From IMG/VR virus record IMGVR_UViG_3300010283_000228, positions 1 through 15,333 of that record: 15,333 nucleotides of DNA, one strand, 5' to 3'. The translations under genes and the position numbers were made by a program. This stretch comes from a virus (lineage: Duplodnaviria > Heunggongvirae > Uroviricota > Caudoviricetes). A model generated the notes under the pieces. That model saw nothing but the letters and a program-made list of their open reading frames with translations, was not told where the DNA came from and did no database searches. Positions 13,803 through 15,333 of the stretch are shown one piece after another; the stretch's first letter is position 1; each line of letters begins with the position of its first letter.

Positions 13803-15017
13803 TCACCCGCATTTTCCGAACTCACCATGCACCACATTTCCGCCATGCTCGAGCGAATCCATATAGTCGGCATACCACTGGAGCATCTCCCGGCGACCAT
13901 CCAGATATTGCGCATGGTTGTATGTGCCACGAATTGAGTTTTTATCGACGTGTGCGAGCTGTGTCTCTATCCACGCGGTGTTATAGCCCTGCTCATGCAA
14001 AATGGTGCTCATGGTGTGCCGGAATCCATGACCAGTAACCTTTCCGTTATAGCCGATGCGTTTAAATACTTGGTTTATGCTAGCCTCGCTCATTGTTTTC
14101 CTTGGATCATTACGGCCGGGAAACATAAGCGGATAATTGCCAGTTAATTCTTTAATCTGCCCAATAAGCGAAAGAGCCTGCTTAGACAAAGGCACCACAT
14201 GAGGGCGACGCATTTTCATCCGTGAAGCAGGTATCTCCCAGATAGCCTTGTTGAGATCGATTTCATCCCATAATGCACCGCGCAGTTCGCCAGTCCGCAA
14301 ACCGGTGATAATCAGTAGACGAGCCGCCATAACAACCAATGCACTTCCTGAGTAACTGGACAATGCCTTGAAAAAATCAGGTAATTCTTTGGCTGTGAGG
14401 AAAGGATAATGATTAGATTCATGACCTTGCATCGCGCTGGTGAGATCCGGTGCAGGGTTATACTCAGCACGTCCAGTGACAATTGCATAGCGGAAAACCT
14501 CCCCGCATCGCTGCCTCACTTTTTTGGCTTTTTCGGTAGCACCGCGCCCCTCGATGCGCCGCAGCACATTCAGCAGTTCAAGTGGTTTGATTTCGGCGAT
14601 TGGTTTTTTGCCAATGTAAGGGAACACATCTTTGTTGAAGGCTTCGAGGATGTCTGAAGCATAACCAGCAGACCATTTTTTTAATTTGCTGCTGTGCCAC
14701 TCAAGGGCAATATCTTTGAAGGTGTTGTTTAACTGCGTTTCCCGGGCAATCTTTTCCTCTCGTTTCGCTTCCATCGGATCGATACCCCCAGCGATACCCC
14801 TTTTAGCTTCTTCACGTTTTGCACGAGCATCAGCCAAGGTAACTTCAGGATACACACCTAGTGCTAACAGCTTCTCTTTACCAGCTACACGATACTTGAA
14901 GCGCCAATATTTTCCTCCACTAGGTTTTACCAAGAGATACAGACCGCCACCATCAGCCAGCTTGTAAGCCTTCTCTTTTGGCTTGGCAGTGTCTATTTGA
15001 CGGGCATTGAGTTTCAC
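13803..15017 (-). CDS. int: P4-family tyrosine integrase, 404 aa
   Basis: N-terminus KPKEKAYKLADGGGLYLLVKPSGGKYWRFKYR is the hallmark of P4-type integrases. Catalytic-region motifs TGLRTGELRG, HGFRHT and RGTYNHAQY are present. GTG start with GGAGG 9 nt upstream. Located 166 bp from the 3' end of the tRNA. Confidence 0.9.
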   Translation of the reverse strand: MKLNARQIDTAKPKEKAYKLADGGGLYLLVKPSGGKYWRFKYRVAGKEKLLALGVYPEVTLADARAKREEAKRGIAGGIDPMEAKREEKIARETQLNNTFKDIALEWHSSKLKKWSAGYASDILEAFNKDVFPYIGKKPIAEIKPLELLNVLRRIEGRGATEKAKKVRQRCGEVFRYAIVTGRAEYNPAPDLTSAMQGHESNHYPFLTAKELPDFFKALSSYSGSALVVMAARLLIITGLRTGELRGALWDEIDLNKAIWEIPASRMKMRRPHVVPLSKQALSLIGQIKELTGNYPLMFPGRNDPRKTMSEASINQVFKRIGYNGKVTGHGFRHTMSTILHEQGYNTAWIETQLAHVDKNSIRGTYNHAQYLDGRREMLQWYADYMDSLEHGGNVVHGEFGKCG

Positions 15018-15048
15018 TTGGGGGTACCTCCACTAAACCGAACAGCAA

Positions 15049-15071
15049 ATACCCCCAAAAGTACCCCCAAT
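15049..15071. repeat. 23-bp direct repeat ATACCCCCAAAAGTACCCCCAAT, copy 2, with nearby inverted GTACCCCCAA-like copies; candidate integrase arm sites
   Basis: Identical to 251-273. Inverted partial copies TTGGGGGTAC at 15018-15027 and TTTTGGGGTAC at 15082-15092 flank it, between the integrase start codon and the tRNA. Confidence 0.6.
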
Positions 15072-15183
15072 TGACTGTAGATTTTGGGGTACTTAAGTAG
15101 ACGTCAAAAGACTAAAAGGGGCATTAATATACTGATTATAAGAGGTTTTTAAATACTTTAGTAGACTTGGGGAGACGTTAGAA

Positions 15184-15259
15184 TGGTGCCGATAAGAGGA
15201 GTCGAACCTCCGACCTTCGCATTACGAATGCGCTGCTCTACCAACTGAGCTATATCGGC
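15184..15259 (-). tRNA. thrW: tRNA-Thr (anticodon CGU)
   Basis: Reverse complement reads GCCGATATAGCTCAGTTGGTAGAGCAGCGCATTCGTAATGCGAAGGTCGGAGGTTCGACTCCTCTTATCGGCACCA: 7-bp acceptor stem, D arm, anticodon loop TTCGTAA (anticodon CGT), T arm GGAGG/TTCGACT/CCTCT, 3' CCA. The thrW symbol is assigned because CGU is the thrW anticodon in E. coli. Confidence 0.9.
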
Positions 15260-15333
15260 CCTGAAAGGACATGTTCACGAACGTGAATCACGGTGGACAA
15301 GGTTAAAACTAACCGGGCGATGCGTCAATGGCC

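Larger units (their letters stand above)
172..15259. mobile_element. integrative island (phage-inducible chromosomal island / satellite-like) inserted at tRNA-Thr
   Basis: tRNA-adjacent P4-type integrase, alpA, primase with iteron origin, no capsid or tail genes, AT-rich cargo block, and 23-bp repeats near both ends. The left boundary is inferred from a degenerate tRNA 3'-end copy and is uncertain. Confidence 0.6.

Noticed and set aside
12797-14967. Plus-strand ORFs 12797-13216, 13262-13600, 13640-14038, 13950-14147, 14409-14657 and 14686-14967
   Set aside because: Lie in the alpA upstream region or antisense to the 238-aa gene and the integrase.

Overview
The window is almost entirely one ~15-kb integrative island inserted next to a tRNA-Thr(CGU) gene at the right end (15184-15259); all functional calls below come from reading motifs in the supplied translations by eye, with no database search run. 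Apart from a flanking integrase 3' fragment at 1-85 and one small plus-strand regulator, every gene is on the minus strand. The backbone (about 5.7-15.0 kb) carries a P4-family tyrosine integrase, a variable gene, an AlpA-type regulator, an antirepressor-like protein, a chain of translationally coupled small genes, a P4 alpha-like primase/helicase followed by an iteron origin, and a coupled FinO/ProQ-like plus PerC-like regulator pair. The distal third (843-5628) is visibly AT-rich cargo: a repeat-containing lipoprotein with a small membrane protein, an autoregulated two-gene module, a Nu1-like wHTH protein next to a TTGACAC repeat array, and a stand-alone P-loop ATPase. The layout resembles a phage-inducible chromosomal island or capsid-less satellite. 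The best candidates for undescribed biology are the cargo ATPase, the lipoprotein/membrane pair, the two-gene module and the HTH-plus-repeat-array locus. One 512-codon minus-strand ORF (10077-11615) conflicts with a well-supported plus-strand gene and is probably partly artefactual.
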